A stretch of DNA of 64,000 nucleotides from Dictyostelium discoideum (GCA_000004695.1 CM000154.2:32001-96000); one strand, 5' to 3'. Counted from the first letter of the stretch, positions 10,818 through 24,992 are shown. Program-made: numbers and translations. Notes: generated from the sequence alone by a model not told the origin.

Positions 10818-11808
10818 CTAAACCAAAATCTTTAATAGAAATTGAAAAATTACACATACCAATTTTTTCAAACATTGTTGGCCGAAATCAAACCCAAAAG
10901 TATTTTTTAATAATTCTGTTGGGACTGGGATTTGAATAACTTTGAAAATAAATTTTCTTAAATCATTTTTAGTATAAAATTTACCTAATAATCCCAACCA
11001 TTTACAGTTATTTGGTTTATCTTTTTCTAAAATTTCGATTAGTTCACCATACCCTTGTTTTAATAAATCACCTCTTTCTTTAAAAAAGTTATCTATTATA
11101 ACCCCAATGTAATATGTATTGCCTCCAAATCCATCATCAGGTATAATCCTCCAATTTGAAAAAAATGTAGTTTTATCTTTTTCAAGGCTTAATGATGACA
11201 TACCATAATCAATTATATACAATTGCTTTGTTTTTATATCTATCATCATATTTTCACTATGCAGATCACCATGTTGAATAAACACCAAATTTTTTATCCA
11301 ATTGTATTTAAATAATTGTTTAATAATATTTTTTTTCTCCTCATCAAATGATGGATCTGTTTTTCTTGATTCATCTCTGTAATATTCGCTAACAAATTCA
11401 CCCTCTATTTTTTGAATTAGCAATAACATTCTATTAATATCTTTATGACAATCAACTTCGAATACAATTCCATATATTTTTGGTGTACATTCATCAACAC
11501 TGTGCATAATATAATGATATAATAATTCTTTTGTTACACAATCAATATATTCTTGACCAAAAGCTCCTAATAATTCTTTTGCAACATAATTGTTTTTCTA
11601 TTTTATCCCCATAATAGATAACATTATAAACAACACCAAATTGGCCACTTCCAATAACATTGTCACCTGCACCTTTATAAGGTATCGTTCCACAAAAATC
11701 ATTAATGTAGAAATCATTTAAAAACTCTTTGGGAATTGAAAAATGGAGTTTTTTCGAATAATCTTTAAGTTTATTATTGAAAGAGTCTTGGAATTCTTTT
11801 ATTTTCAT
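10818..11808 (-). pseudogene. protein-kinase-like gene (Gly-rich loop GSGQFGVVY, VAK lysine, HGDLHSEN, DYG) interrupted by an apparent 1-nt insertion in an A5 run (+ strand T5 at about 11593..11597); either pseudogene or sequencing error
   Basis: Two adjacent ORFs (11542..11808 and 10818..11507) in different frames. Removing one A from 'GATAAAATAGAAAAACAATTATG' gives a continuous 'YYGDKIENNYVAKELLGAFGQEYIDC...MHSVDE...' reading frame spanning both. The gap is too short (34 nt) to be an intron. Confidence 0.5.
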
Positions 11809-12048
11809 TTGTATTTATTTTTTGACCAATTGTCAATTTAAAATTTAAAAAAAAAATTTTAAAAAAAATTCAAATCTTATTTTTTTTTTTTTTTTTTTTC
11901 CAAGATGTAATTTTTCTCAATTTTTTTTTTTAAAAAATAGGATTATAAGTTTAATATTTATTAAAATCTAAAAATAATTATGATCTTTTAGAAAGTTAAT
12001 AACTTTTTTTTTTTTTTTAATTTTATTTATTTAATTTTTTATTTTATT

Positions 12049-15000
12049 TTATTGATAATCAGAAAGTGGTGGGCAAGAACAAACTAAATTTTTATCACCA
12101 TGAACGTTATCAATTCTACCAACGGTTGGCCAGAATTTTGAGGCAACAGTTGCAGGAGTTGGGAAAGCAGCTTTAGAACGAGAGTATGGATAATTCCAAT
12201 TATCAGCGACAATAACTTTTTCAGTGTGTGGAGAATTAACGAGAACATTATTTTTTCTGTCGGCTTTACCAGTTTCAATCTCTCTAATTTCCTCACGAAT
12301 TAAAATGAGAGCATCACAAAGACGATCCAATTCATATTTTGATTCAGATTCGGTTGGTTCAATCATAAGAGTATTTGGTACTGGCCAAGACATGGTTGGA
12401 CCATGGAAATTCATATCTTGAAGACGTTTAGCTACATCTTCAGCTTCGATACCAGCAGATTCCTTAAACATTCTAAGATCAATAATGAATTCATGAGCTA
12501 CCAAACCATGGGAACCAGTGTAAAGAATTTTATAGTGATCCTTTAATCTACTTGCCATATAGTTTGCATTGAGAATGGCGACTTGGGTTGCTTTTTTCAA
12601 ACCTTGACCACCCATTAATTTCAAGTAAACATAAGTGATTGGAAGGATTGAACTTGAACCCCATGGACCAGCAGAAACTGCACTCATTGCACGTTCACCA
12701 CCTACACCCTTTACAACGGAATGACCTGGAAGGAATGGAGCGAGATGGGATTTAACGCAAATTGGACCCATACCTGGACCACCACCACCATGTGGAATAC
12801 AAAAAGTTTTATGAAGATTTAAATGACAAACATCGGCACCAATATCACCTGGACGACAAAGACCAACTTGAGCGTTCATATTTGCACCATCCATATAGAC
12901 TTGACCACCATTGGCATGAATGATATCACAAATATCATTGGCACCCTCTTCAAATACACCATGAGTGGATGGATAAGTGATCATAAGAGCAGCCAATGTA
13001 TCTTTATGTTTTTCAGCTTTAGCTTTAAGATCGGCAACATCGATATTACCATTGGTATCACAATCTACAACAACAACTTTCATACCAACCATTGCAGCAC
13101 TTGCTGGATTAGTACCATGAGCAGAGACTGGAATGAGACAAACATTTCTTTGACTTTGACCAATTGAAGTTAAATAAGAACGAATTACCATTAAACCAGC
13201 ATATTCACCTTGTGAACCAGCATTTGGTTGTAAAGAACAACCATCGAAACCAGTGACTTCACATAACATATTTGAGATTGATTCAAACATTTCCTTATAA
13301 CCAAGTGATTGATTAGCTGGTACAAATGGATGAATTGAATTAAATTCTGGCCATGAAACTGGATACATTTCAGTGGTAGCATTTAATTTCATTGTACAAC
13401 TACCCAATGGAATCATTGCTGTGGTTAAACCTAAATCCTTCTTTTGAAGTTTATGAATATAACGAAGAAGTTCATGTTCTGAATGATATCTATTAAAGAT
13501 TGGATGAGTAAGGAATGGTGTTTGACGAGCAAATTCTTCTGAAATAACAGAGATTGTAGAGGTTTCTTTTTCCAATTGTTCTGGTGATGATAAACCCAAT
13601 GGTTTTGATGCGTGAGCTGAAAATCCATTCAATAATGCACTGATATCAGCAGAGGTAACAGTTTCATCCAATGAGATTGAAATTGATTTACTACAATATT
13701 GACGAACATTAATTTGACGTGATTCCAATTCTTTAATCATCATATCGGTCTTATCACCAGTGATAATTAAAACTGTATCAAAGAATGGACGATCCAAAAC
13801 TGTATAACCCAATCTTTTAATACCTTCAGCGAGGATGATAGCTTTTCTATGAACTGCATTGGCAATATCTTTAATACCTTGTTGACCATGATAAACTGCA
13901 TACATTGCAGACATATTAGCCAAGAGTGCTTGAGAGGTACAAATGTTTGATGTTGCTTTTTCACGACGAATATGTTGTTCACGAGTTTGTAATGCCATAC
14001 GGAATGCTGAATTACCTTGTTTATCTTTACTTACACCAATGATTCTACCTGGAAGTAAACGAGCATACTTATCTTTAGTTGAAAAGAAAGCAGCATGTGG
14101 ACCACCAAAACCTAATGGTACACCAAATCTTTGACTATTACCCAAGGCAATATCAGCTCCCCATTCACCTGGTGGTTTCAATAATGCCAATGAGAGTAAA
14201 TCAGTGGCAGCTACAACCAATGCATTGGCTTGATGAGCACGATCTGCCATCTCCTTATAATCGGTAATGACACCATTGCTTGATGGATATTGAACGATAC
14301 AACCAACTACATCCTCTGTGAATTTGAAATCCTTTGAATCGACTACTTCAATACGAATACCCTTTGGTTCTGCTCTAGTTTTAATGGTATCAATTGTTTG
14401 TGGATGACAATATTTATCGACCAAGAAAGCAAATGGTCCTTTACTCTTTGAAATGTTTACACACATTTGCATTGCCTCTGCAGCAGCGGTTGCTTCATCC
14501 AATAATGATGCATTTGACATTGGTAAACCTGTAAACTCTGATACCATAGTTTGGAAATTCAATAAACTCTCCAAACGACCTTGACTAATCTCTGCTTGAT
14601 ATGGTGTGTATGGTGTATACCAACCTGGATTCTCTAAAATGTTACGTTGAATTACATGTGGTGTAATTGTTCCATAATAACCCATGCCAATGAATGATCT
14701 ATAAACTTTATTCTTTTCTGCAATCTTTTTTAAATCCTTTAATAATTGATTCTCACCAATAACTTTATTCTCTTCAATATTTAATTCTCTATTTAATCTA
14801 ATATCCTTTGGAATTGTATATTCGATCAATTGTTCTAAACTATTTGGATTCTTTTTTGAAAGTTTTGATGTATTAATACTTTTTAACATTTCATTAATTT
14901 CATTTTCATTTGGTCCAATATGTCTTTTTGGAAATGTATCTAATGCTTGAAATATTGATTGTTTTGTTGAATAATTCTAAAAAAAAAAAAAAAAAATTAA

Positions 15001-15134
15001 AAAAAAAAAAAAAAAATAATAAAAAAATATTATATTTAAAAAAAAAAAAGAAATAATAATAATATAAATATTTATTTTATTTTTTTTTAAGTTCTTGGAT
15101 AATAATGATGGGTAAATGGGTGAAAAATGGGGGT

Positions 15135-15179
<45 letters not shown>

Positions 15180-15251
15180 AATTTGCAAACATACTCTAAT
15201 TAAATTAGATTTTAATTTATTTATTCCATTATTACGTAATAATTTTAACAT
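12049..15251 (-). CDS. gldc: glycine dehydrogenase (decarboxylating), glycine-cleavage system P protein, mitochondrial precursor; 2 exons: 15195..15251 and 12049..14976
   Basis: 946-aa ORF is unmistakable GLDC (PLP-dependent, N- and C-terminal halves). The frame continues upstream of the listed Met to '...[18 protein letters not shown]' and a TTTTTTTAG acceptor at 14977. A 57-nt first exon ([19 protein letters not shown]|GTATGT) 218 nt upstream supplies the start and a mitochondrial-type presequence, in phase. Confidence 0.85.
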
Positions 15252-15853
15252 TTTTATTTTATTATTTAAATTTATTATTTAAAATAAATATTACAACAAT
15301 CCAACAACAAAAATAGTTTTAATAAAATAAATAAATAAAATAATATTATCGAACAACAAAATAAGTGAACGAGTTAAAAAAAAAAAAAAAAAAAAAAAAA
15401 TGAAATTATTTAAAAATATCAAAAAAAAAAAAAAAAAAATTAAAAAAAAAAAAATTAAAAAAAAAACTAAAAGTGAAAAAATGTTAAACCAATCGATGAT
15501 GACTGTATGCATGAATTCAAAACAAAAAAAAAAAAAAAAAAAAAAAAACTTTTCGTTTTTCCATCCAAAATTACCGAAATAGATAAAGCCCAAAAAAAAA
15601 AAAATAAAATAAAATAAAAAAATAATGTTTAATCTTAAAAAAATAAAACTAAATCTCTAAATTTCTCTTTCTTTTTTTTTTTTTTTTTTATTAAAATAAA
15701 TAAATAAATAAATAAATAAAAAATAATAAAAAAAAAGAAACAATGGTTTTATTTATCCAATTATAAATTTATAATAAATTTTTATTATAATTTATTATTA
15801 TTTATTATTATTTATTTATTTATTTATTATTATTTATTATGATTTATTATGAT

Positions 15854-17162
15854 TTATTTTTTTAATTTTAATAAATTATCATGAGCTTTTTGCAAAGTTA
15901 AATCATCTTTACAAAAAGTGAAACGTACGAAATTTTCGGGTATTTTTTGATGATCATCACAATAGAAAGCAGAAGGTGGAATTGTAGTTACACCATATTC
16001 AGTTGTTAAATAACGAGCTATATTCCAATCACGTAAATGTAAACCCATACCAGTGATTGAGGTATCTTTACCTTGATCACCTTGTAAGTGTATACTTGAA
16101 GTATCACCCATGATAAAGTAAGTACCTTGTGGGATGACAGGATCTAAACCTGCTTGGGTGAGTGAATTTAAGAGAGTATCTCTTTTATTTTGATACATTG
16201 TTGCCAATTCTTTAAAGTAGTCTTTTATATTTGGTTGCTCCAAAGCTATGGCTACAGCTTCTTGAGTTGGTGTTGGTACACTGAATGGCACATATTGATG
16301 AGTGTTTGCAATTGCTCCAATGATATTGGAAGGACCGATACACCAACCTACTTTCCAACCAGTGATTGAAAATGTTTTACCAGCTGAACCAATTGTGATT
16401 GTTCTTTCCCACATACCAGGTAATGTTGCGAATCTATGATGTTCTTCACCATCGAATGTCATCCATTCATATACTTCATCACTGATGACAGTTGTATTTG
16501 GACCATGTTTAGCAACGACATCAGCAATCTCTTGTAACTCTTCTTTACTATAAACTTTACCAACTGGATTATGAGGATTGTTTAAAATGATTAATTTGGT
16601 TTTATCTGTGAATGCTGCTGCCAATTCTTCCTTATTAATTTTCCAATGTTTTGATGATCTTTTTTTATCTGAACTACCAGCTTGAGACGACTCCTCCTCT
16701 TTTAATGTTACAAATTTTGGTATACCACCTGCCATTAAAATTGGTCCAATATAGATATCAAAGAATGGTTCAATTAAAATAACTTCATCACCTTCATTAA
16801 CAATCGATGAAATCGCTGCAAATAATGATTCAGATGCTCCTACTCCAACCATAATCTCTGTCATTGCATTCAATTCTCTACCAAAGTATGGTGAATATAC
16901 TGATGATAATGCTTTAACCAATCTAATATGTCCTGGTGAACGTGTATATTGATTAAATCCACCAACTTCAATTGTTTTTATCATTGCATCTTTTACAAAT
17001 TTTGGTGGTTCAAAATTTGGAAATCCTTGTCCTAAATTAACTGCATTATATTTAATTGCTAATGGTGAAAATTCTATTTTTATATAATTAAATTAATAAA
17101 TAAATTAATAAATAAATTAAAATAAATAAATAAAATAAATAAATAAATTATTAGTATTATTA

Positions 17163-17194
<32 letters not shown>

Positions 17195-17326
17195 ATTATT
17201 ATTATTTATAATTTTTTTTATTATTATTAAATTCATACCCAACCACACTGATGGTCCAAAAGAACTTGTTTGTTTACTTGGTTTAAAAGTATAAGTCATT
17301 AATCTTTTTACTGTGTTTCTTAACAT
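15854..17326 (-). CDS. kynurenine/glutamine-type class I aminotransferase (KAT/CCBL-like), mitochondrial-type N-terminus; 2 exons: about 17240..17326 and 15854..17073
   Basis: ORF with '...NAVNLGQGFPNFEPP...', 'DEVILIEPFFDIY', 'NNPHNPVGKVYSKEEL' (fold-type I PLP aminotransferase, KAT subgroup). The frame extends 5' of the listed Met to an AG acceptor at 17074/75. The upstream exon MLRNTVKRLMTYTFKPSKQTSSFGPSVWL(G|GTATGA) joins in phase 1. Confidence 0.8.
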
Positions 17327-17844
17327 TTGAAAAAATAAAAAAAAATAAAAAAATATGAAAAATATTTTTTACACGATAAAACTTTTTTAAAAAAAAAAAA
17401 AAAAAATAAAAAAAAAAAAAATTTTAATTACCAAAGGAGTTTTAAGAACCAACGCCAAAAATAAAAAAAAAAAAAATGAAAATAATTAAAAAGTCAAATA
17501 AAAAAAAAAAAAATATCTTTTTTTTATTTAGAACAAAATAAAAGAATAAAAATTTTCTTTAAACAATTCAATTTTTCTTTTTTATTTTTTTGTATTTTTT
17601 TTTATTATTTGGAAATTAGTTGTGGTAAAGTATAATACAAATTAAAAAAAAACATTACATTTTACCACCATTTAAATTTTATTTGGCAGATAAATATTAA
17701 AAATAATCTTTTGGATATTTATTTATGATGACATAAATATATATATATTTTTTTTTTTTAATTTTTTAATTTTTTTTTATTTTTTTTTAATTTTTTTTTT
17801 AAAAAAACTAAATCTTAAGTTTTTTTTCTTTTATAAATTAAATC

Positions 17845-17847
17845 TTA

Positions 17848-17907
<60 letters not shown>

Positions 17908-19750
17908 ATTTAAAAACCCTTGAGAGTTGATGGCATTTGTTGCACCTTGTTGTACAGCAGGATTTCTAGCAGCATTCATAGCACCTTGTTGTACAGCAGG
18001 ATTTCTTGCAGCATTTAATGCAAAACCACCCATTTGATTCATTTGTTGTTGTGATGGTTGTGGTACGCCACCTGCTGGTTTTGGTACTGGATAGGTTGGA
18101 CCTTGTTTAAATGTTGATGATACTGGACGAGGTGGTGCTTGCTGTTGTTGTTGTTGTTGTGGTGGTGCATATTGTTGTGGTGGTTGGTATTGTTGTGGTG
18201 GTGCATATTGTTGTGGTGGTTGATATTGTTGTGGGGCAGCACCACCTGGTGGTTTACCAAATGGAGAAGGTATACCACCAACAGGTCTTGGTGGTGCCTG
18301 TTGTTGTTGTGGAGTTGGAGCAGCACCACCACCATATTGTTGTGGAGTTGGATACATTGATTTAGCACCTGGTGGTGGAGCAGGTCGAGATGGTACTTGT
18401 TGTTGATTTGGTGGTGATGGTTGACGAAGTGGTTGTGGTGGTCTATATTGTTGTTGTGGTGGTTGTTGTTGTTCATATTCCCCATATTGTTGTTGTTGTG
18501 GTGGTGATGGTTGTTGATATTGATTTGGTTGTTGGTAACTTCCAACTTGTTGTGGTTGTGGTTGATATGGTTGTGGAGCTGAAGAAACTGGACGTGGTGG
18601 TGGAGCGCCATTTGATTGAGGTGGTGATGGTCTTTGAACATTATTAGTAACATTATTATTTAAACCTCCACTACTACCACTACTTGGATTACTTGATACA
18701 GGAGAATCATCTATAGATGGAATAGTTGTAGATTGACCTAAAAATTCAATTACTGGATTATAATATGGTGGAGTTTGTTGAATGAAATGAGAATTTTGAT
18801 CATGACTTGATGAGATTGTTGAGAATAAACCACTTAATGATAAAAGAATATTTTGAAGTGGCCATTCAAAGTAATCAATCTTATCCTCAAAGAATTGAGA
18901 TATATCAGATAATGCCTTTTGATTGGCAATTATAAATGATTCTCTCTTTGCATTGTAATTGTTTTGTTCTTGTTGTAATTTATGAATTTCTTTTGATGGT
19001 TTCTCTTTTAATGATTTTATCTTTGATGCACTCTTATCAACTTCTTCCAATAATTTATCTCTATCAGAAATTGCATCTTTAATAAATTTAGATCTTGCTA
19101 AATATTGTTGAATATAATCATAATTTGCTTTTTGACTTTGCTATTTATATATTTTGATAAAAAAAATAATTAATTATTAAATTTTAAAAATAAAAATAAA
19201 AATAAAAATAAAAATAAAATTACATACAGTCCATTCATTAAAACTTGCTTCTATAGTTTTATTTACTTCAGTTGTATATTGAGTAAGTGGATGTGAAGAT
19301 GGGAAATATTTTTGAACATTCTTATTCAAACTACTTGGATGAATAAAGGTTTCTATATAAAATTTTTAATTTTTTTAATTTTTTTTTTATTAAATAATTT
19401 AATTTAATGATAAATAATTAAAAATATTATTTATATTAATGACAGTAAAAATAATAATTACTTTGTAAATTTTTATCATGTTTTAATAAAGATTCATAGG
19501 TTTTAGTAATAGTTTCATTGAGTGTTGTATATTCTTTTCTTGCTGTTTCAAAGTTTAAATCAACTGAGCTTGGACCAGAGCTTACTAATCCTTTTAGCTA
19601 AAAATTTTTTTTTTTTTTATTAATTAAAAAATAAGAATTAGAAAAAAAATAAGAATTAAAAAAATTTAGATTAAATTTAATCTAAATTTTTTTTTTTTTT
19701 TTTTTTTTTTTTCAATATGAAAAACTTACTTTTGCTCCAAAAGATTTCAT
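17845..19750 (-). CDS. multi-exon gene: N-terminal helical/coiled-coil region (possibly BAR-like) and C-terminal Pro/Gln/Tyr-rich low-complexity tail; exons approximately 19730..19750, 19463..19597, 19228..19352, 17845..19140
   Basis: Exon 1 MKSFGAK|GTAAGT. Exon 2 LKGLVSSGPSSVDLNFETARKEY...NLQ. Exon 3 (K)TFIHPSSLNKNVQKYFPSSHPLTQYTTEVNKTIEASFNEWT|GTATGT. Exon 4 QSQKANYDYIQQYLARSKFIKDAISDRDKLLEEVDKS... continuing through the PQQY repeat tail to a terminal oligo-Lys. All junctions GT...AG; junction coordinates are approximate. Confidence 0.55.
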
Positions 19751-19802
19751 ATTTTTAAGTTTTCTAGTTTTATATAATTAATAATAGTTTTTTTAAAATG
19801 AA

Positions 19803-19833
<31 letters not shown>

Positions 19834-20105
19834 ATTGAATCTAAAAGTTTTTGATGTATAAGAAAGAAAAAAAAAAAAAAATTAGTTGTAAATTAATAAA
19901 TAAACAAAAAAAAAAAAATTTATAAAAAATAAAAAATTTAAAAAAAAAAAAAAACAAAATAAAATAATATTTTATTGTTTAAATTAAAATTAATTTTGAA
20001 CAATTCAAAAAAAAAAAAAAAAAAGCCAATTAGGGATAGGGGTAGTGTGTTTATTAAATTTTAATAAAAATAAGGAAAATTACCACTATCAACAAATTTA
20101 AAATG

Positions 20106-20154
<49 letters not shown>

Positions 20155-20531
20155 AAAAAAAAAAAAAAAAAAAAAAAGAAAAAAATTAAAAAAATTTAAA
20201 ATAAAAACTCATGGTTTCAAAAAATTCATTTTTTTAATAATCAAAAAAAATATTATCACTTCTTTTTTTATAATAAAACAAAAAATCGGAACGTTCAGAT
20301 TCCAAAATGTATTTCGAATGAAATCCAATAAAAATGATTGATTTTACTCTTTCTAAGTATTGTTTTTTTTTTTTTATTTTTTTTTATTTTATTTTTATTT
20401 TATTTTTATTTTTTTCCTTTTTTGTTTAAAAAAACAATTTGTTTTTTTTTTTTTTTTTTTACTTTTTTTTTTTTTTTAGTATATTTATTAATATTTTCAA
20501 CACAAAATCCCATTTTATTCATAATAAATTA

Positions 20532-20973
20532 TTATTTATTAATATTTGAAATTTGAGAATTTGAATATTTAGCAATTAAATAATTGGAAGTTTCAGTTAA
20601 TCTTGAATTTTCGGTTACTTCAGAATATTGATGACCACCAAAAACAATATTTCCAGCTTTATATGTCATTTCATTGATGATAAAAAGTAAAAGACTGATT
20701 GGAATGATTTCAAAGAAAAGATAATATACTAAATCCTTATACCAAAAACCCAATTTCAAAAATATTGTCAAACATGTCATTATGGCCCTAATTAAAAAAC
20801 ATAAAAATGAAAAAAATATAATTCCATTACTTCTCTTTTTAAGTTGTACAGATTCTTGTGTTTTAACTGCATCTGCAAATTTATCATCATAATGTTCATA
20901 ATAAGTTTTAAATCTAAAATAAAAAAAGAATAAAAACGTTTGTATTAATTTTTAGATTTACTTTTTTTAAATC

Positions 20974-21004
<31 letters not shown>

Positions 21005-21749
21005 CTTACAAAAATACAAAGAAAGTAACAGCAGTAATAAAATAAATAAAAGCTGCAATGAATTGTATGATCATTTGAAAAACTGAAGTTGGTTGATCAA
21101 CTGATGCTGTTTCATATGGAAATAATACAAAATCCAAAATGAATAAAATTGCCAGTATTAAATAAATAACAACATTTGCAATAATGACAACTGTTTTTAA
21201 TTTTTGCATATCTACTGCTTTAACTACTAATGTTCCTTGAAAAATTTGAATTCTTAAAAAAAAAAAAAAAAAAAAAAAAAAGATTAATAATTAAATTTTA
21301 AATAATAAATAATAATAATTTTAAAATTATTGATACAAACGATAAAAGTAAAGCCATTGAAAAAAAGGTTAAATAAAAAAAACTAGGTAATTCATTTGTT
21401 AGAAACAATAGATTACCATCAATTTCTTTAACTTTTTCTTCATTTATTATAAAAAGTGAAAATGATACCGCCCTTAATAATGACGCTATAAGTAAAACTA
21501 TATGAAAAGATATTATAAAAATATTTTTTTTGGCTTTATATATTTATTTATTTTATTTGTGTATGGATAAATTAAAAATTTTTAGTATAAAAAAAAAAAA
21601 AAAAAAAAAAAATTAGATTGTTGGTTATGGAAATAAAACTACATACTCGTTGATCTTATAAAACTTATTATTGATAAAATAGCTAATATTGTATATAAAG
21701 AAATTAATGCTATATGTGAATAATCATAATATGCATTTGTTATTGCCAT
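20532..21749 (-). CDS. multi-pass membrane protein (at least 6 predicted TM helices), at least 5 exons; family not recognised
   Basis: Exons found on the minus strand: about 21641..21749 (MAITNAYYDYSHIALISLYTILAILSIISFIRST|GTATGT), about 21335..21540, about 21006..21252 (...IQIFQGTLVVKAVDMQKLKTVVII...), about 20820..20935 and 20532..20780 (listed ORF with stop). Highly hydrophobic throughout. Confidence 0.5.
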
Positions 21750-22439
21750 TTCTATAGCATAATCTATCTATTATACAATTATCTTTTTATATTATTTTAT
21801 TTTATTTTATATTTTATTTTATTTTTTTATTTTTTATTTTTTTTAATTATCTCTTTAATTTTATTTAATTTTATTTTTATTATTTTTCTTTTTTTCCAAA
21901 TCTGATTTAGCTATTTCTTTTTTTTTACTTTTTTTCTTTTTTTTTATTTGAATCTAAAATTATGTTGTTATTTTTCAGGGTTTTTTTTTTTTTTTTTTTT
22001 TTTTCTTTTTACTTTTTTTTTTTTTTTCTTTTTACTTTTTTTTTTTTTTTTTTTTTTATTTGAAACTAAAATGTTTCAAAAAATTTTTTTTTTTTTAATA
22101 ATATAATAATTTAATAATATAATAATAAAAACAATACCAATAAAAAAATAAAAATAAAAATAAAAATAATTAAAATAATAATAATAATAGAATATTATTT
22201 TTCTATACAAAATTATATACACACAACCACACAAATATATAGTACTATGATTATTGTTGTAGATTAAAATACTGATACAATATTATTATTATTTGTATTT
22301 TGGCAAGATGATTGAAAAAATAAAAATGAAAATAAAATAATAATTAAAAATAACAAAAATAAAAAATAAAAAATTATTATAATTAAAGCGTGGTTATATT
22401 TAACCTATTTTTATTATATATGTGAAAAATTCAATATTG

Positions 22440-22484
<45 letters not shown>

Positions 22485-22881
22485 AAATTAAACCAAATTA
22501 AAAAAAAAAATTCACCAAATTTTTAAAAAAAAAAAAAAAAAAAAAAACCGGTTTCCTAATTTGGTTTGGGTTTGGACCAAACCCTAAAAAATTAATATAT
22601 CTTTTTATCAAATAATTTTATCACCTTTAAATTTAAAAAAAAAATTAAAAAAAAATTAAAAATAGAAAATGGAAATAAATAATAGGATAAATAGATAAAT
22701 TAATAATACAATTTCTCATTAATATATATATATATATTTTTAAAAATGAATACCAATAGAAACAAAAAAAAAAGTACACAAAATAAAAAATATTACTTTG
22801 GTTTTAAATTTATTTTTATTTATCAAAATGTAAAGCTGATGTTATTTTATAATTTTTTTTTTTATTTTTTATTTTTTCTTT

Positions 22882-24472
22882 TTATCTTATATCTAGACCT
22901 TTTTTATTATAAAATGAATCGAGATTTGAAGAAAAAGAAGACTCTTTATTTGAAGGAAATAAATTCCAAAATCTTAAACTATTATCACCAGCTCCAGTAC
23001 AAACGGTTTGACCATCAGGAGAAACCGCCAAATAAAGGACTCTCATTGTATGGCCAGTTAAAGTGGTAACGGGTGTCATTGTGGGATAGTTCCAAACAGT
23101 GATTTGATTCTGTGAGTAGCCATGAGTGCTCACCAATTCATTAATATTCTTACTCCATGCTAAATTACAAACTTGACTACCAGTATCAATTGATTGAATG
23201 GATTGACCTGTAGTTGTATTCCAAAACCTTATACATTTATCATGAGTACCACCACCTGATGCTAATAATCCACGTTGATGTGGACTCCATGCAATAGCTT
23301 TAACTGCTGCATAATGAAATTTAAATTGATAAAGAGGTTTACTTGTATTTTGTTGTTGTTGTTGTTGTGAGATAGAAGAGGTATTTGATGATGGTGGTGG
23401 TGGTGGTGGTTGATGTTGTTGTTGAGGTTGTTGAGTCATTGAATGATCCCAAACATTTAATAAATTATCATTACCACCAGATGCTAATTGTTGACCATCA
23501 GGAGACCATTTTAAACCACAAATTTCATGCCTATGACCAACTAATCTATTTGTGTAATTATTACTACAATCACGTACATCATGATGTAGAATCACTTTAT
23601 CCTTACCACCACTACTCAGTATATGATTATTCCAAGCCAAAGCGTTCACTCTTGTATTGTGACCTTGTAATTCTCTAATCTTTTTCTTTTTATTTACATC
23701 CCAAATCGAGACTACACCATCAGTACCACCAATTGCCAAATGAATACCACCACGTTGTATCCAACCAACTGATGAAACTGGTTGACCTGATTCCATTTCA
23801 CAAAGTTTTGAAACTTGGCTTGTAGTTGCATTCCAAAGATAAACACTAGTATCCAAACCTACAGCTAAAATATTATGTGAACTCCAATCAATTAAATTTA
23901 AATAAAAGTCATCTTTTATCATTGGAGCATCTAATATCTTTATTGGTGTTTTCGATATCTTTCTTTGTGGTTTTCTTGGTGATGAAAGTAATTTCTGACT
24001 ATCATCACTCAACAATGATAATGAATATGGTGAGCAATCTAAATGATTACTCATTGTTGATTTTTGTTTTTGATTATATTTTAATATTCCAAAATTATTA
24101 TTATTATTATTATTACTATTATTATTATTCATTGTTGCACTCATTAAACTTTGTTTTTTACTTGGTGATTGATTAATATTTATTAAATTATTATTTGTAT
24201 TTGTATTTGTATTTGTATTAGTAGTATTGGTAGTATTGGTAGTAGTTGTTGTTGTAGTAGTAGTGTTATTACTATTATTATTGTTATTATTTGTAGCATT
24301 GGTAGTAGTTGTGGGTATATTTGTATTTGTTGTTGTTGTGGTTGTTGTTGTAGCAGTTGTGTCATTAATATTTACATTGTTGTTGTTGTTGTTATTGTTA
24401 TTGTTATTGTTATTGTTTGTGGGTGTATCAATATTATTATTATTATTATTATTATTGTTATTATTTACATGG

Positions 24473-24545
<73 letters not shown>

Positions 24546-24959
24546 AAATTGAAGATTTATAAATAGAAGAGGGTGAATCAAAAAAGTTTGAGGAAAGAGA
24601 AGAACCTAATAGTTCATTCTTTAATACTATATTATATGCTAAATGACTTTCATCCCTTTGTTTATCTATTGTGTATGAGTTTTCTGAAGGATAACAATAT
24701 AGATACTCATAAGATGATTCATCAAAACTATAGTTATTTTGGGATTCTAAACCAATTGAAAGTGGTATAAATCTATCACCATAACTATCATATGATGGTG
24801 TAGTAGTGGTAGTGGTGGTAGTTGTTGTTGGTGTAGTTATTGGTGTTGTTGTAGTAGTTGTTGTTGTTGATGTACTCTTAATTGGTGTAGTGATATTATT
24901 ATTAATATTACTTCCACTATTATTGCTATTATTATTGTTATTATTGCTATTCAAGTTAA

Positions 24960-24992
<33 letters not shown>

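Noticed and set aside
12084-14267. Short ORFs nested in or antisense to the glycine dehydrogenase exon (12084..12296 -, 12224..12421 +, 12823..13167 +, 13191..13382 -, 13431..13628 -, 13767..13982 -, 13943..14134 +, 14079..14267 +)
   Set aside because: All overlap the 946-codon GLDC reading frame, which has unambiguous homology. The overlapping frames have no independent support.
14977-15593. ORFs 14977..15192 (-), 15291..15593 (-), 15400..15582 (+) made of poly-Lys/poly-Phe
   Set aside because: These are translations of poly(A)/poly(T) intron and spacer sequence around the true GLDC first exon (15195..15251). No complexity and no supporting splice logic.
18039-18653. His/Asn-rich, Val-rich and Leu/Trp-rich ORFs (18039..18653 -, 18111..18365 +, 18139..18360 +, 18372..18647 +) overlapping the Pro/Gln-rich gene
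   Set aside because: These are alternative-frame or antisense readings of the (CAA/CCA)n repeat DNA of the genuine 17845..19140 exon. They have no start context and are purely homopolymeric translations.
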